Origin: Methanobacteriota archaeon
GTDB taxonomy: Archaea > Thermoplasmatota > Poseidoniia > Poseidoniales > Poseidoniaceae
Length of the DNA stretch: 64,000 nucleotides
Assembly: GCA_038141355.1 (NCBI GenBank)
Contig: JAYQHX010000009.1
Coordinates: 377,978-441,977 of the forward strand
Direction of reading: 5' to 3'
Shown piece by piece: positions 1-9,705 of the stretch. The notes beneath the pieces were generated by a model. It was not told where the DNA came from. It was given only the letters and a program-made list of their open reading frames with translations, and ran no database searches. Numbering within the stretch: the stretch's first letter is position 1; each line of letters starts with the position of its first letter. A program made the position numbers and the translations under genes.

Positions 1-95
1 TGCGAATCGGCCTTCGTCCCCTGGTGGAACTGGAGATCCGGTACTTTACGAAGATGAAGATTGAATCCCTTCAACTACTTCTGAAATTCTTTGTC

Positions 96-866
96 TTAAT
101 TCGTTAATATCTGAAGCATCTTCTGTAAGAGTGCCTGTATTTCAACCCAATTAGCACCCGAATCTGCTGCTAATTTAGCCTGTTCTTTTGTTCTTATTCC
201 GCCACCTACTATCAAACACAATTGCTCAATTTTTCTAGCCGATTGTATACACTCTGCAGAAACCTGTGTTTGAGCTCCGCTGCCCGCTTCCAAATACATT
301 ATTTTGAATCCATACATCATTGCGGTAATTGCGTAAGAATGAACCAATTCTACCTGGTCGTTTTTGATTAAGTCAGCCTCTCCTACTTCACCTACTTTCC
401 CTCCGGGTGAAAATACCAAATATCCTGTTGGAATCGCTTCAACTCCAAATTTATTCAAATGGGGCGCGCCTTTGAGTTGTTCCTCGATCAAAAACCTACG
501 TGACCTAGAATTCATGAGCATCATGAAAGTTATTCCATCTGCCGCTGGAGAGAGTGCGTGGGCACCTCCTGGAAATAATAAAACGGGAATTTGCCATTTT
601 GACTCATCTGAACTTGGGTCTTGGCTTGCAGCAAAAATTTGCAATTCTAATGCTTCTTGTATCGATTTACAAGTTTCATGAACTACTCCGTTTGGAGTGT
701 CGGTCGAACCTCCTACAAATATCATCTTGGAGCCCGCTTCTATTGCTGCTATTGCGCGCTGTGTTGCGATCTCTGCGCTTTGCTTTCCGGGGTCGATTAG
801 CGTGACGTGACGGCAACCTTCCGACCTATCCAAAATATAGTTGACTAAGCCGAATTCGGGTATCAT
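96..866 (-). CDS. geranylgeranylglyceryl phosphate synthase (GGGPS/PcrB family), archaeal ether-lipid backbone synthesis
   Basis: 256-aa ORF with family-typical stretches MIFVGGST, MYLEAGSGA and LIVGGGIRT. The last ~15 aa look out of frame. One extra base at the run near 140-142 gives the family-like ending NTGTLTEDASDINELRQRISEVVEGI with a stop at 46-48. Confidence 0.85.
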   Translation of the reverse strand: MIPEFGLVNYILDRSEGCRHVTLIDPGKQSAEIATQRAIAAIEAGSKMIFVGGSTDTPNGVVHETCKSIQEALELQIFAASQDPSSDESKWQIPVLLFPGGAHALSPAADGITFMMLMNSRSRRFLIEEQLKGAPHLNKFGVEAIPTGYLVFSPGGKVGEVGEADLIKNDQVELVHSYAITAMMYGFKIMYLEAGSGAQTQVSAECIQSARKIEQLCLIVGGGIRTKEQAKLAADSGANWVEIQALLQKMLQILTN

Positions 867-867
867 G

Positions 868-1494
868 TTAACTCACCTGCTGAAGGGATTGAATGATTCT
901 TTTGGCAATATCTATGCCCTCTTGTATTGATTCGTCTGCCCAAATTTTCTCGGAATTTGAAGGGTGCTCACCTTGAATCAATTCCAACCATCCTTGTTTG
1001 GTTTCTGGAAGTTTGCCCTTAATCCAGCATTCAACCAATCCATCTGAATGCTCAAAGCAGAATTTATCTTTATCCATTGTATCGATCTTAAATTCTTCAG
1101 GCAGGTTGCTGGATATTGTTATTCCACCATTCCACACCTCTAGTGAATTATCTAAATTATCTGATGGCCAGCCGGGGCTAGATGATTTGCCCCCTTTGCA
1201 ATCAATAGCTTTGGGTGGGGCTTCGGTTTTCAAAATTATTTCTCCCCCCTTCTCTAGAACTTTAATCGCCAATTGTTTCTCAAGCCATTCTCTTCTTACA
1301 GCCCATCCGAAAGTATTCTTTTTTCCATTACAAAACTCTACAAAATCTGATTCAAGATTTTTTATAATTCCTGGAGATCTTATCGGATTACCAATTTCTT
1401 GCCTCGTTTCATAAATTACAACGTCATGTCCGTTTGATAGTAATTCTATTGCACAGCTTAGGCCGCGTACACCACCGCCTGCAATTTCTATCAA
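868..1494 (-). CDS. short FAD/NAD(P)-binding oxidoreductase, possibly geranylgeranyl-reductase-like
   Basis: 208-aa ORF with an N-terminal dinucleotide-binding loop IEIAGGGVRGLSCAIELLSNGHDVVIYE. Its TTG start overlaps the ferredoxin stop by 4 nt, and it lies between a ferredoxin and GGGPS. It is much shorter than canonical GGR (~400 aa), so the function is uncertain. Confidence 0.45.
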   Translation of the reverse strand: MIEIAGGGVRGLSCAIELLSNGHDVVIYETRQEIGNPIRSPGIIKNLESDFVEFCNGKKNTFGWAVRREWLEKQLAIKVLEKGGEIILKTEAPPKAIDCKGGKSSSPGWPSDNLDNSLEVWNGGITISSNLPEEFKIDTMDKDKFCFEHSDGLVECWIKGKLPETKQGWLELIQGEHPSNSEKIWADESIQEGIDIAKRIIQSLQQVS

Positions 1495-1718
1495 GGTTTC
1501 ACATCCTCAATAGTTAGTGCAAATACCGGACATGAAGGTATGCAATGATTGCATAGAGTGCAATCTTCTTGAGTGACAATTGCTAGCCTATCTATCAATT
1601 CAAGAGCATTAGTGGGGCATAATCCAATACATGCTCCACATCCATAACATAATTTTTCATCGACCACAAAAATTTGTGATCGCTTGTCTGCCATGATTGT
1701 TCCAGTGGATACACACAC
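1491..1718 (-). CDS. 2x[4Fe-4S] ferredoxin
   Basis: Two CxxCxxCxxxCP clusters (CYGCGACIGLCP and CTLCNHCIPSCP) in a 75-aa ORF. An alternative start is the ATG at 1694 (MADKRSQ...). Confidence 0.85.
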   Translation of the reverse strand: MCVSTGTIMADKRSQIFVVDEKLCYGCGACIGLCPTNALELIDRLAIVTQEDCTLCNHCIPSCPVFALTIEDVKP

Positions 1719-2029
1719 ATTTTATCTTCGCCGATATGACCATTGGAAAAATCAATTTTGATAATTGATAATTGATTTCGAATTGAAAAAAATTCGACAT
1801 GAAAAAATTTTTATTAATATTTTTAATATACCCACAAATGGTGATAGACCCCTTAATTTCCATTGGAACTAATAATACATAAAGAGTGTCGAAGAGAGTA
1901 ATTGTGGTATGTAATCGTGACGAAGTAAGACCCGTTTGTGTTTGTCGCGTCTAGTTAATAATCATCTGCAAACCAATTTTTTTTCTAGATCTAAAAAATA
2001 TACTCCAGTGGAAACAGAGGGGATACGGT

Positions 2030-3376
2030 ATGTTCTTGGCATTCAACCTCTTGGATAGTTTCATGGTGATGTATTCTCCAGGAAGAACTTCAAATTATCC
2101 TGATACACCACCGGATAAAGGAATTAGATATCATTACCTTGGTGGAGGAAATGAAGTAGGAAATGTCGGATGTGTTTTCGAAGATAAAAATGGAACAAAA
2201 ATGCTTCTTGATTATGGAATTGCACCAACAGATCCTCCAAAATATCCTAATGAAGCTCCACACATAAAAAATGCAGTTATTACTCATTCTCACATTGACC
2301 ATTTGGGTATGGCTCCTTGGTTATGCTCTAATTATCGAACAAATTTACATGGAACAAAATTAACTGCAGAAATCAGTAGAATGATGTGGAATGATTGTTA
2401 CAAAGTAAGTCGTCTTGAAGGATATCCACTTGCTTGGGATAAAAGAGATATTGACGAAGCAGTCGCTTCATGGAAAATCCATTCTTTTGATGAAAAATGG
2501 GAAGAAGAAAATTGGAAGTTAAAACTAAAAAGAGCAGGACATATCCCTGGTGCAGCCATGCTCAATGTAGAAACAGAAACTCACAAACTACTTTTTACAG
2601 GCGATTTTGATACTAGAGATTCACCATTAACCATTGGCGCTAAACCCGAAAAATGCGACGTCCTATTTGTAGAAGGAACCTATGGTGGAAGAGATCATGA
2701 AAACAAATCAGAAACAATAGATGGGTTTGTTCAAAAAATTGTCGAAATAACAGATAAAGGAGGCACAGCACTAATTCCAGCATTTGCAAATGGTAGAACT
2801 CAGGATGTAGTAATGATGCTTCACGAGAGATTGCCCGAGTTAGACGTACATGTAGATGGAATGGGAAAGGCAGTAGCGAAAATCCAATTGGATAATCCAG
2901 AAGCTCTAAGAGACCCGAAAAAACTAGAGGAAGCCTGGAAATGGTGTAAAAAAGTTTCATCTAAATCTGATAAGAAGAAAGCACTGAATGCCGATTGTAT
3001 CGTATCTACATCTGGAATGCTCGACGGCGGACCATCTATCTGGTACCTAAATAGATTAAGAAGCGACCCAAGAAATGCGGTTTTGTTAACCGGATATCAA
3101 GCAAGAGGGTCTGGCGGGAGAATGTTGTTAGAAGACAGACATGTTCCAATCTGGGACAAAAGAACACCAATAGATCTCGATGTTCATCAATATTCATTTT
3201 CAACACACGCAGGTCACTCAGAAATCGTAAAATTTGCACAAGAATGTGAAGCTGAAACTGTAGTCGTATACCACACAGACCCAGACCATGCAAGACCACC
3301 TCTGGTGAAAGAATTAGAAGAAAACGGTCACACCGTACACACTCCAATCAACGGCGAATCTAGGATTATAATTTGA
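2030..3376 (+). CDS. metallo-beta-lactamase fold beta-CASP ribonuclease (aCPSF2 / RNase J-like)
   Basis: 448-aa ORF with MBL motif VITHSHIDHLG, GHIPGAAM and FTGDF. The C-terminal beta-CASP-like FSTHAGHSEIVKF...VVVYHTDPDH is present, and there is no KH domain. Confidence 0.75.
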   Translation: MFLAFNLLDSFMVMYSPGRTSNYPDTPPDKGIRYHYLGGGNEVGNVGCVFEDKNGTKMLLDYGIAPTDPPKYPNEAPHIKNAVITHSHIDHLGMAPWLCSNYRTNLHGTKLTAEISRMMWNDCYKVSRLEGYPLAWDKRDIDEAVASWKIHSFDEKWEEENWKLKLKRAGHIPGAAMLNVETETHKLLFTGDFDTRDSPLTIGAKPEKCDVLFVEGTYGGRDHENKSETIDGFVQKIVEITDKGGTALIPAFANGRTQDVVMMLHERLPELDVHVDGMGKAVAKIQLDNPEALRDPKKLEEAWKWCKKVSSKSDKKKALNADCIVSTSGMLDGGPSIWYLNRLRSDPRNAVLLTGYQARGSGGRMLLEDRHVPIWDKRTPIDLDVHQYSFSTHAGHSEIVKFAQECEAETVVVYHTDPDHARPPLVKELEENGHTVHTPINGESRIII

Positions 3377-3422
3377 AGAATCCAGCCGAAGTGGTTGAAT
3401 ACAGTGACATCAAGGCGTTCGC

Positions 3423-3704
3423 ATGGCGACTAAAGCACCCCCCGGCAAACGTCGTAAGAAGAAGAAGAAGATTCGACTATCTTTGAAGAGTTCAAAGATT
3501 AAGAAAACCGATTCATACAGCGATTCACTTGGATGGTCAACAGACCTTGGACGAACATTGAATGAGCCGGATAAGCCAAAAGAACCAGACACCATCAAAC
3601 ACCAATGTGAGATGTGTGGTAGCATAATGGTAGTTCCAAAACCAAAGAAGTCTAGATACACTATCACTTGTCCACATTGTGAAAACGAAGAACAATTTAA
3701 CTGA
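3423..3704 (+). CDS. small basic zinc-ribbon protein (hypothetical)
   Basis: 93-aa ORF with a lysine-rich N-terminus (KRRKKKKKIRLSLKSSKIKK) and a C-terminal CxxC...CxxC pair (CEMCGS ... CPHCEN). Confidence 0.5.
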   Translation: MATKAPPGKRRKKKKKIRLSLKSSKIKKTDSYSDSLGWSTDLGRTLNEPDKPKEPDTIKHQCEMCGSIMVVPKPKKSRYTITCPHCENEEQFN

Positions 3705-3735
3705 ATTGAAGTTTGAGTGCAAATAATGAAATTTT

Positions 3736-4572
3736 TTGGGCATCAAAAGAAGGTTTGATAGTTTGGAATTGATGACGTTTTTAGCAATTCTAAGCCTTTT
3801 CACTATAGCAACGGTATTCAGCCCCTTGGGCTTAGGTGGAGGAATTTTATTCGTTCCTATTCTACACTATATGTTAGGTTGGCATATCTTAGAAGCGGTT
3901 CTAGGTTCCCTTACCATGATTTTCATGGTAGCTTCAGGGAGTAGTCTCGCACATTCAAAATCTGGACATGCAGATAACAATGTTGCTAACGCTGCAAGAA
4001 TTGTAGCCATTCCTATGGCTGTTATTGGCACCTTAATGGCATCATGGTTGATCGACTTAGTTGGCGACATAGGTATCAAAATCATAGCTGCGTTGGTAAT
4101 CGCCCTGGTTTTTATCAAAACTATATCAATTTACAAAAACCAAAAAGACACCACCCCTGAAGAAATCCCCCTCTCAGAAAAAAAGGTCCCTTATCAAATC
4201 GGTGCAGGTATGGCAGGAACTCTGTCAGGAATATTAGGCATAGGTGGAGGCGCAATTCTAGTTACATTAAACAGGACAGTCCTCCAAATGGATGCTAAGA
4301 AAGCAGCAGGAACTAGTTTTTTGGTTGGAGCAACAATAGTCCCAGTGGCTCTAATTAGTCACATTATTTATGATGGAATGACAGGGGCCCTAATCGAAAG
4401 AATCGGAATTCTTCCGATTGTAATTATCCCAATACTCATCTTCATTTGTTCTTATACCGGCGCAAAATATTCAATAAAATATGTATCTAGAAACCTAGTC
4501 ACAATATTATTCCTAGGTGCGATTTCTTTGAGTTTGATACGTTATGCAATTGATTTTGCTAGTTATCTTTGA
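3736..4572 (+). CDS. TauE/SafE (DUF81) family anion exporter membrane protein
   Basis: 278-aa polytopic ORF with the duplicated family signature LGLGGGILFVPIL and LGIGGGAILV. Confidence 0.75.
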   Translation: MGIKRRFDSLELMTFLAILSLFTIATVFSPLGLGGGILFVPILHYMLGWHILEAVLGSLTMIFMVASGSSLAHSKSGHADNNVANAARIVAIPMAVIGTLMASWLIDLVGDIGIKIIAALVIALVFIKTISIYKNQKDTTPEEIPLSEKKVPYQIGAGMAGTLSGILGIGGGAILVTLNRTVLQMDAKKAAGTSFLVGATIVPVALISHIIYDGMTGALIERIGILPIVIIPILIFICSYTGAKYSIKYVSRNLVTILFLGAISLSLIRYAIDFASYL

Positions 4573-4581
4573 GGTGAAAAA

Positions 4582-5787
4582 ATGTCCGAAGCTCCATATT
4601 TCGTTCAATTCGAAGAAGCATTAGAGATTAGTCAAAGAAGGAAAATATCTGTAGATATTGAAGAATTAGATTTAGATTCATGCCATAATAGAATTATTGC
4701 TGTAGACCTCGTTTCAAAAGTCGACGATCCCCCGTTTGATAATTCTGCTATGGATGGTTTTGCTATGCGGAATCAAGATACTCTTTCCCCACCAACGACT
4801 TTGGATATTATTGGAACAATACAGGCAGCCGGACAGGAAGACGATATTATCGTTGGCAAAAACCAGGCTGTAAGGATAATGACGGGAGCACCAATGCCAA
4901 AAGGTGCAGACTCTATTTTACAAATAGAGATGACAGAAGTTGATGGCAACAAAGTCACTTTGTTGAAAGAATCCATGAAAGACTTCGTCAGATTCAAGGG
5001 AGAAAATTTGACAAAGGGCCAAGTCGCAATTTCTGCAGGCACGTTGCTAACCCCTTCTCAAATTGGAATGTGTGCCACTATGGGATATGGAACACTTCCA
5101 GTTTTCAAGCCTCTAAAAATAGCAATAATCTCTACTGGTGATGAACTTATTCAGCCGGGACAAGAATTGTTGAGGGGCCAAATTTACGAATCCAATTCAT
5201 TTGGAATAGCGGGCCTAGTTAGAAGGCTGGGGCACATACCAATTCGCATGCAATGCGTAGGCGATACGTTGGAAGATCTACGTAAGACACTGAACGAAGC
5301 ATCAGAATCCTGCGATTTGATTTTGACGAGCGGTGGTGTTTCAATGGGCGAATGGGATTTAGTTCGAAAGATAATGGAAAACGAAGGAACAATTGATTTT
5401 TGGAGAGTAAAACTCAGACCAGGAAGCCCACCTTTGTTTGGATTATGGGGCGACACTCCAATTTTCGGCCTGCCAGGAAATCCAGTTAGCTCCCATGTTG
5501 TTTTCAGGATGATAGTTGCCCCATGGATTAGGAAACTAACAGGCGCCGATGGCCCGGTTGAAAATAGAGCATTCGCACGTTTAGCGACAGTGGTTAAACC
5601 CACCAAAGATTGTCTAACTCTAAGAAGGGTGACAATCGAAAAAGGAGAAAATGAATTGATAGCTTCGCAAAAAATTCACCAAGGATCTGGAAATATAGCG
5701 AGCATGGCACATAGTGAAGCATTGGTCATCCTACAGCCCGGAGAAGACTACCCTATCGGGAAAGTAGTCGAAATAATATATCTTTGA
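4582..5787 (+). CDS. moeA: molybdopterin molybdenumtransferase MoeA
   Basis: 401-aa ORF with MoeA hallmarks PFDNSAMDGFA, RIMTGAPMP, ISTGDEL, TSGGVSMGEWD and GLPGNPVSS. Confidence 0.85.
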   Translation: MSEAPYFVQFEEALEISQRRKISVDIEELDLDSCHNRIIAVDLVSKVDDPPFDNSAMDGFAMRNQDTLSPPTTLDIIGTIQAAGQEDDIIVGKNQAVRIMTGAPMPKGADSILQIEMTEVDGNKVTLLKESMKDFVRFKGENLTKGQVAISAGTLLTPSQIGMCATMGYGTLPVFKPLKIAIISTGDELIQPGQELLRGQIYESNSFGIAGLVRRLGHIPIRMQCVGDTLEDLRKTLNEASESCDLILTSGGVSMGEWDLVRKIMENEGTIDFWRVKLRPGSPPLFGLWGDTPIFGLPGNPVSSHVVFRMIVAPWIRKLTGADGPVENRAFARLATVVKPTKDCLTLRRVTIEKGENELIASQKIHQGSGNIASMAHSEALVILQPGEDYPIGKVVEIIYL

Positions 5788-5796
5788 GGGGAAATT

Positions 5797-6666
5797 ATGA
5801 TTGCAGACTCCGAGCAAGAATTGTTAGCTATTTTGCAACACATGTTCCCCGATTCTAAAACAAATAAACTGCGTAAGATGCTTACTGAAGGCCGAGTAGA
5901 AGTGGATGGCAAAATAGTACACAAAGCCAAACAAATCATTTCAAAAGGAAGTCAAATCACCATTCTTGACCGTCAGAAAGCGGAGGAAAAAAGCGAAATA
6001 CCTGCGAAGAAAAAGAAAAACTTCAGAATTAAAATTCTGCACGAAGATGATGATATTATTGTGGTGAATAAACAGGCGGGTCTATTATCGGTTGCAACCG
6101 ATAAAATGGAGCCAGATACACTACATTCCAGAGTCTTAGAATATGTTCAAGATTCTGATAAAAAGGGTTGGGCGTATATTGTCCACAGGCTGGATAGAGA
6201 AACATCTGGCGTTATGATTTTTGCAAAGGATAAACACTCCAAAGATTACCTACAAGAGCAGTTTGCGGACAGATCTGTTCACAGGGTATATCATGCTCTA
6301 GTTGAGGGAAAGCCCGAACAAAAATCTGGAACAATTAGAGAGTGGTTATTGGAAGATAAATTCCTGAAAGTAAAGGCGGTTAACAAAAAACACCCTAATG
6401 CTAAAGAGGCAATAACCCACTGGAGTATAGAGGATTATGATGGCACAGCGAGCCTAATTGCGCTTACAATTGAAACCGGAAGAAGGCATCAAATCAGAGT
6501 AGGGTTGGCAAATTTAGGATGTCCAGTAGTTGGCGACAATCAACACGGTGCTGAAGGAAACCCAATTGGTAGAATTGCTTTACATGCAACATCCTTGGAA
6601 CTACTGCACCCTGCCACTGATGACCCATTAAGATTCGAAGCGCCGATACCCTTTGGGCCCGAGTAA
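5797..6666 (+). CDS. RluA-family pseudouridine synthase with N-terminal S4-like domain
   Basis: 289-aa ORF with the catalytic motif HRLDRETSGVMIFAK, a downstream GRRHQIRV motif and LHA...L. Confidence 0.85.
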   Translation: MIADSEQELLAILQHMFPDSKTNKLRKMLTEGRVEVDGKIVHKAKQIISKGSQITILDRQKAEEKSEIPAKKKKNFRIKILHEDDDIIVVNKQAGLLSVATDKMEPDTLHSRVLEYVQDSDKKGWAYIVHRLDRETSGVMIFAKDKHSKDYLQEQFADRSVHRVYHALVEGKPEQKSGTIREWLLEDKFLKVKAVNKKHPNAKEAITHWSIEDYDGTASLIALTIETGRRHQIRVGLANLGCPVVGDNQHGAEGNPIGRIALHATSLELLHPATDDPLRFEAPIPFGPE

Positions 6667-6706
6667 TAAGCAAGCACTCAAGAACTCTTGACTTACGACA
6701 GGTGAT

Positions 6707-8641
6707 ATGGGCAAAATTGCCGGCGACTCATGGATTGAGGTTCGCGGTGCCCGAACACACAATTTACAAGACATAGATGTAAAATTACCAAGAGGAAAAT
6801 TCGTCGTTATATCCGGCGTTTCCGGTTCTGGAAAATCATCTTTAGCGTTTGATACACTCTATGCAGAGGGTCAAAGACGCTATGTCGAGAGCCTGTCTTC
6901 GTATGCAAGACAATTCATCGGCCAGATGAAAAAAGCAGACTGCGATAGCATCGAAGGCTTATCACCAGCGATTTCAATCGACCAAAAACAAGGCAGCCAC
7001 AACCCCAGGTCAACAGTTGCAACGGTGACAGAAATAATGGATTATCTTCGATTAATGTGGGCAAGAATAGGAAAACCACACTGTCCAACTTGCGGAATTG
7101 AAGTTGCGAGAAGAACGGTTCAGGAAATAGTCGACGACATTATTTGGCATATGGAAGGCCATGCAATAGCTGTTTGGAGTCCAGCGATAAGAAACCGTAA
7201 AGGAACCCATGTTGATTTGTTTAGACATCTTGTTGAACAGGGTTGGACCGAGGGAAAAATTAACGGAAGAGAGGCATCTTTTGAGGATGCACACAACTTA
7301 GACAAAAATCTTAGACATGATATCGATGTCCGGATTGACAGAATCCGTTGCACAAAAGACCGCAGGCAACGCCTAACCGAAGCAGTAGAATCCTCACTTC
7401 GAATCGGCGGCGGTACAGTCGCCATCGAGAGCATCAAGTCACCAGAAGAAGGATTTGTTTTGGATGAGGGCTCCAAGTCTGAGTTAACAAATCAAGGCGA
7501 TATCATGGCATGGTCAGAAGAATTCGCATGCCCTGAACACGGCGCATTTATGCCTGAAATGAGCCCAAGAGTGTTCTCTTTTAATTCACCACTCGGTGCT
7601 TGCCCTTCCTGCCAAGGACTTGGAGTCCAGAGGAGATTTAGCGAGGACCTCCTTGTCGATAGACATGCAACAATTTCAGAGGGTTGCATAATTCCCTGGC
7701 GACAATCAATGTCGCCGCATTGGTATAGGAAGCTGATGGAGCAAACTGCTGAACACTATGGGATTCCAACAAACATCCCGTTCTCAGACCTCGATGAAGA
7801 TTCTAAAGACATCATGTTAAACGGCTCAGGATCGACAATAATCCACTTCGAATTTCAATCTGAAACCGGCTCTTTATATCAATACAGCAAACCATGGGAA
7901 GGAGTTTATGGCAGACTGCAAAAAACGTATACAGAAACCTCATCTGACCGTACTCGAAATAGATTAATCGCTTGTATGAACGATGAGGATTGTACAGCGT
8001 GTAATGGTGAGAAATTAAACGACGCTGCCCGAATGGTGACAGTTGGAAATAAGAGATTACCAGAAATAGGAAACGCCAGCGTTTTCGATGCACTTCAAAT
8101 CATCCGCTCATTCAGAGGCGAGGGAAAAGCCGCAGAAACACTGGATGAAAGGAGCGCATTCATCGGCAAAGAAATCATCAAAGAAATCGAAAATAGATTG
8201 GGATTCTTGAACGATGTTGGGTTGGACTATCTAACCCTAGACCGAAGAGCAAATACCCTATCAGGGGGCGAATCTCAACGAATTAGGCTTGCAACCCAAA
8301 TTGGTAGTAGGCTGACTGGGGTAATGTATGTCTTAGACGAGCCCTCTATCGGACTACATCAAAGAGACAACGAAAGATTACTTTCAACTCTTAGAGAATT
8401 ATCTGATTTAGGAAATACATTACTCGTTGTAGAGCACGACGAAGAAACACTTCGCCAAGCAGACTGGCTCTGTGATTTGGGACCAGGGGCTGGACTTGAA
8501 GGAGGAAAAATCGTGGCTAACGGACCTCCTAAAGATGTAATGAAGGCGAAGGAGTCTATCACAGGAGCTTACCTTTCCGGTAAGAAAGCGATTGAAACGC
8601 CTGCGAACAGAGTCAAGCCGAAAAAAGATTTTTGGAAATAA
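6707..8641 (+). CDS. uvrA: excinuclease ABC subunit UvrA, N-terminal part (first ABC module, zinc modules, first signature)
   Basis: N-terminus [52 protein letters not shown]; [12 protein letters not shown] and Walker [11 protein letters not shown] are present. The ORF ends at a frame change in the A6/T5 run at 8621-8635. Confidence 0.9.
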   Translation: MGKIAGDSWIEVRGARTHNLQDIDVKLPRGKFVVISGVSGSGKSSLAFDTLYAEGQRRYVESLSSYARQFIGQMKKADCDSIEGLSPAISIDQKQGSHNPRSTVATVTEIMDYLRLMWARIGKPHCPTCGIEVARRTVQEIVDDIIWHMEGHAIAVWSPAIRNRKGTHVDLFRHLVEQGWTEGKINGREASFEDAHNLDKNLRHDIDVRIDRIRCTKDRRQRLTEAVESSLRIGGGTVAIESIKSPEEGFVLDEGSKSELTNQGDIMAWSEEFACPEHGAFMPEMSPRVFSFNSPLGACPSCQGLGVQRRFSEDLLVDRHATISEGCIIPWRQSMSPHWYRKLMEQTAEHYGIPTNIPFSDLDEDSKDIMLNGSGSTIIHFEFQSETGSLYQYSKPWEGVYGRLQKTYTETSSDRTRNRLIACMNDEDCTACNGEKLNDAARMVTVGNKRLPEIGNASVFDALQIIRSFRGEGKAAETLDERSAFIGKEIIKEIENRLGFLNDVGLDYLTLDRRANTLSGGESQRIRLATQIGSRLTGVMYVLDEPSIGLHQRDNERLLSTLRELSDLGNTLLVVEHDEETLRQADWLCDLGPGAGLEGGKIVANGPPKDVMKAKESITGAYLSGKKAIETPANRVKPKKDFWK

Positions 8642-9621
8642 TAGGGGCTAGACAAAACAATCTTGACGACATAACTGCAAAAATTCCTCTTGGTTGTTTA
8701 ACTGCAATAACCGGTGTTTCTGGTTCAGGAAAGTCATCTCTCGTCTCTGGAATTTTAGCCCCTGCTTTGCAGAGAACGATTAACAGAACAGACGCTCAAC
8801 CAGGCATCCATGATAGAATCGAGGGAATAGAAAATGTGGACAAGGTCATTGTAATAGATCAATCACCAATCGGAAGAACCCCTCGGTCCAATCCCGCAAC
8901 ATACACGAAAGCCTTCGATGAGATAAGGAAATTATTTTCAGAGACAAAACTATCCAAAGAAAGAGGATATACTCCAGGCCATTTTTCCTTCAACGTAAAG
9001 GGCGGAAGATGTGAAGCATGTAGTGGAGGAGGCTCAATAAAACTCGAAATGAACTTCCTTCCTGATGTTTGGATTACATGCGATATATGTGATGGTAAAC
9101 GCTACACAAGGGAAACCCTTGAAGTGACTTGGAAGGGTAAGAATATCCACGATATATTGGAAATGCCGGTTAAGGAAGCGGTGGACTTCTTTGCAAATCA
9201 CAAGAAATTACATCGCACACTATCAACAATCAATGATGTAGGGCTTGGATATATTCGATTAGGCCAACCTGCAACAACCCTATCGGGCGGGGAGGCACAA
9301 AGAGTGAAACTTGCAAGCGAGTTGAGAAGACCTCCCCATAAACACACGATGTACATTCTAGATGAGCCAACCACCGGCCTCTCGTTTTCAGATGTTCAGC
9401 AATTGATCGATGTTTTGCTTAGACTAAGGACTACGGGACATTCCATTGTTGTTATCGAACACCATTTAGATGTTGTAAAATCAGCAGACTGGATAATCGA
9501 TTTGGGCCCAGAAGGAGGAGATAGAGGTGGCAAAATTGTCGCTGAGGGCACTCCTGAACAAGTTGCGAAAGTAAAGAAGAGTTACACGGGACAATTCTTG
9601 TCCAGCATGTTAAATTCCTAG
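8632..9621 (+). CDS. uvrA: excinuclease ABC subunit UvrA, C-terminal part (second ABC module)
   Basis: Begins [36 protein letters not shown], followed by [12 protein letters not shown] and ILDEPTTGL. This frame is open from 8596, so it is contiguous with 6707..8641 after a 1-nt correction. Confidence 0.9.
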   Translation: MEIIGARQNNLDDITAKIPLGCLTAITGVSGSGKSSLVSGILAPALQRTINRTDAQPGIHDRIEGIENVDKVIVIDQSPIGRTPRSNPATYTKAFDEIRKLFSETKLSKERGYTPGHFSFNVKGGRCEACSGGGSIKLEMNFLPDVWITCDICDGKRYTRETLEVTWKGKNIHDILEMPVKEAVDFFANHKKLHRTLSTINDVGLGYIRLGQPATTLSGGEAQRVKLASELRRPPHKHTMYILDEPTTGLSFSDVQQLIDVLLRLRTTGHSIVVIEHHLDVVKSADWIIDLGPEGGDRGGKIVAEGTPEQVAKVKKSYTGQFLSSMLNS

Positions 9622-9705
9622 GAATGAAACATTTTGATGAAGCGCAGTATTCATGGACGGTAGTCTCTGCCGACCGTCTGCCCCCGTAGGGGGCAGGTGT
9701 GCTAA

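Noticed and set aside
1-95. Partial ORF at the left window edge.
   Set aside because: All three plus frames stop within ~100 nt, and no motif is visible. If the GGGPS C-terminus is repaired, that gene extends to 46, leaving nothing assignable.
364-1414. Antisense ORFs inside confidently assigned genes. Examples: 364..681, 554..805, 998..1414. Elsewhere: 5184..5606, 7120..7476, 19123..19476, 20822..21277, 38902..39216, 53217..53654, 59946..60734, 60620..60931, 62464..62760.
   Set aside because: Each lies wholly within, and opposite to, a longer ORF with clear family motifs. Their translations are low-complexity or Ser/Leu/Pro-rich shadow-frame products, so they were treated as non-coding.
1993-2002. 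TATA-like element AAAAAATATA about 30 nt upstream of the beta-CASP RNase start. Similar A/T boxes occur in other spacers.
   Set aside because: It is plausible as an archaeal promoter for a short-leader transcript. However, A/T-rich hexamers are frequent at this GC content and no transcription start data are available, so it is not reported as a feature.
8618-8634. Programmed -1 ribosomal frameshift in uvrA at the A-rich heptamer (AAAAAAG, 8621-8627).
   Set aside because: In the zero frame the codons are CCG AAA AAA GAT, so the heptamer is not in the canonical X_XXY_YYZ phase. About a dozen other genes show similar single-base breaks in both directions, so indel error is more parsimonious. 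The possibility is kept only as a caveat under the uvrA finding.
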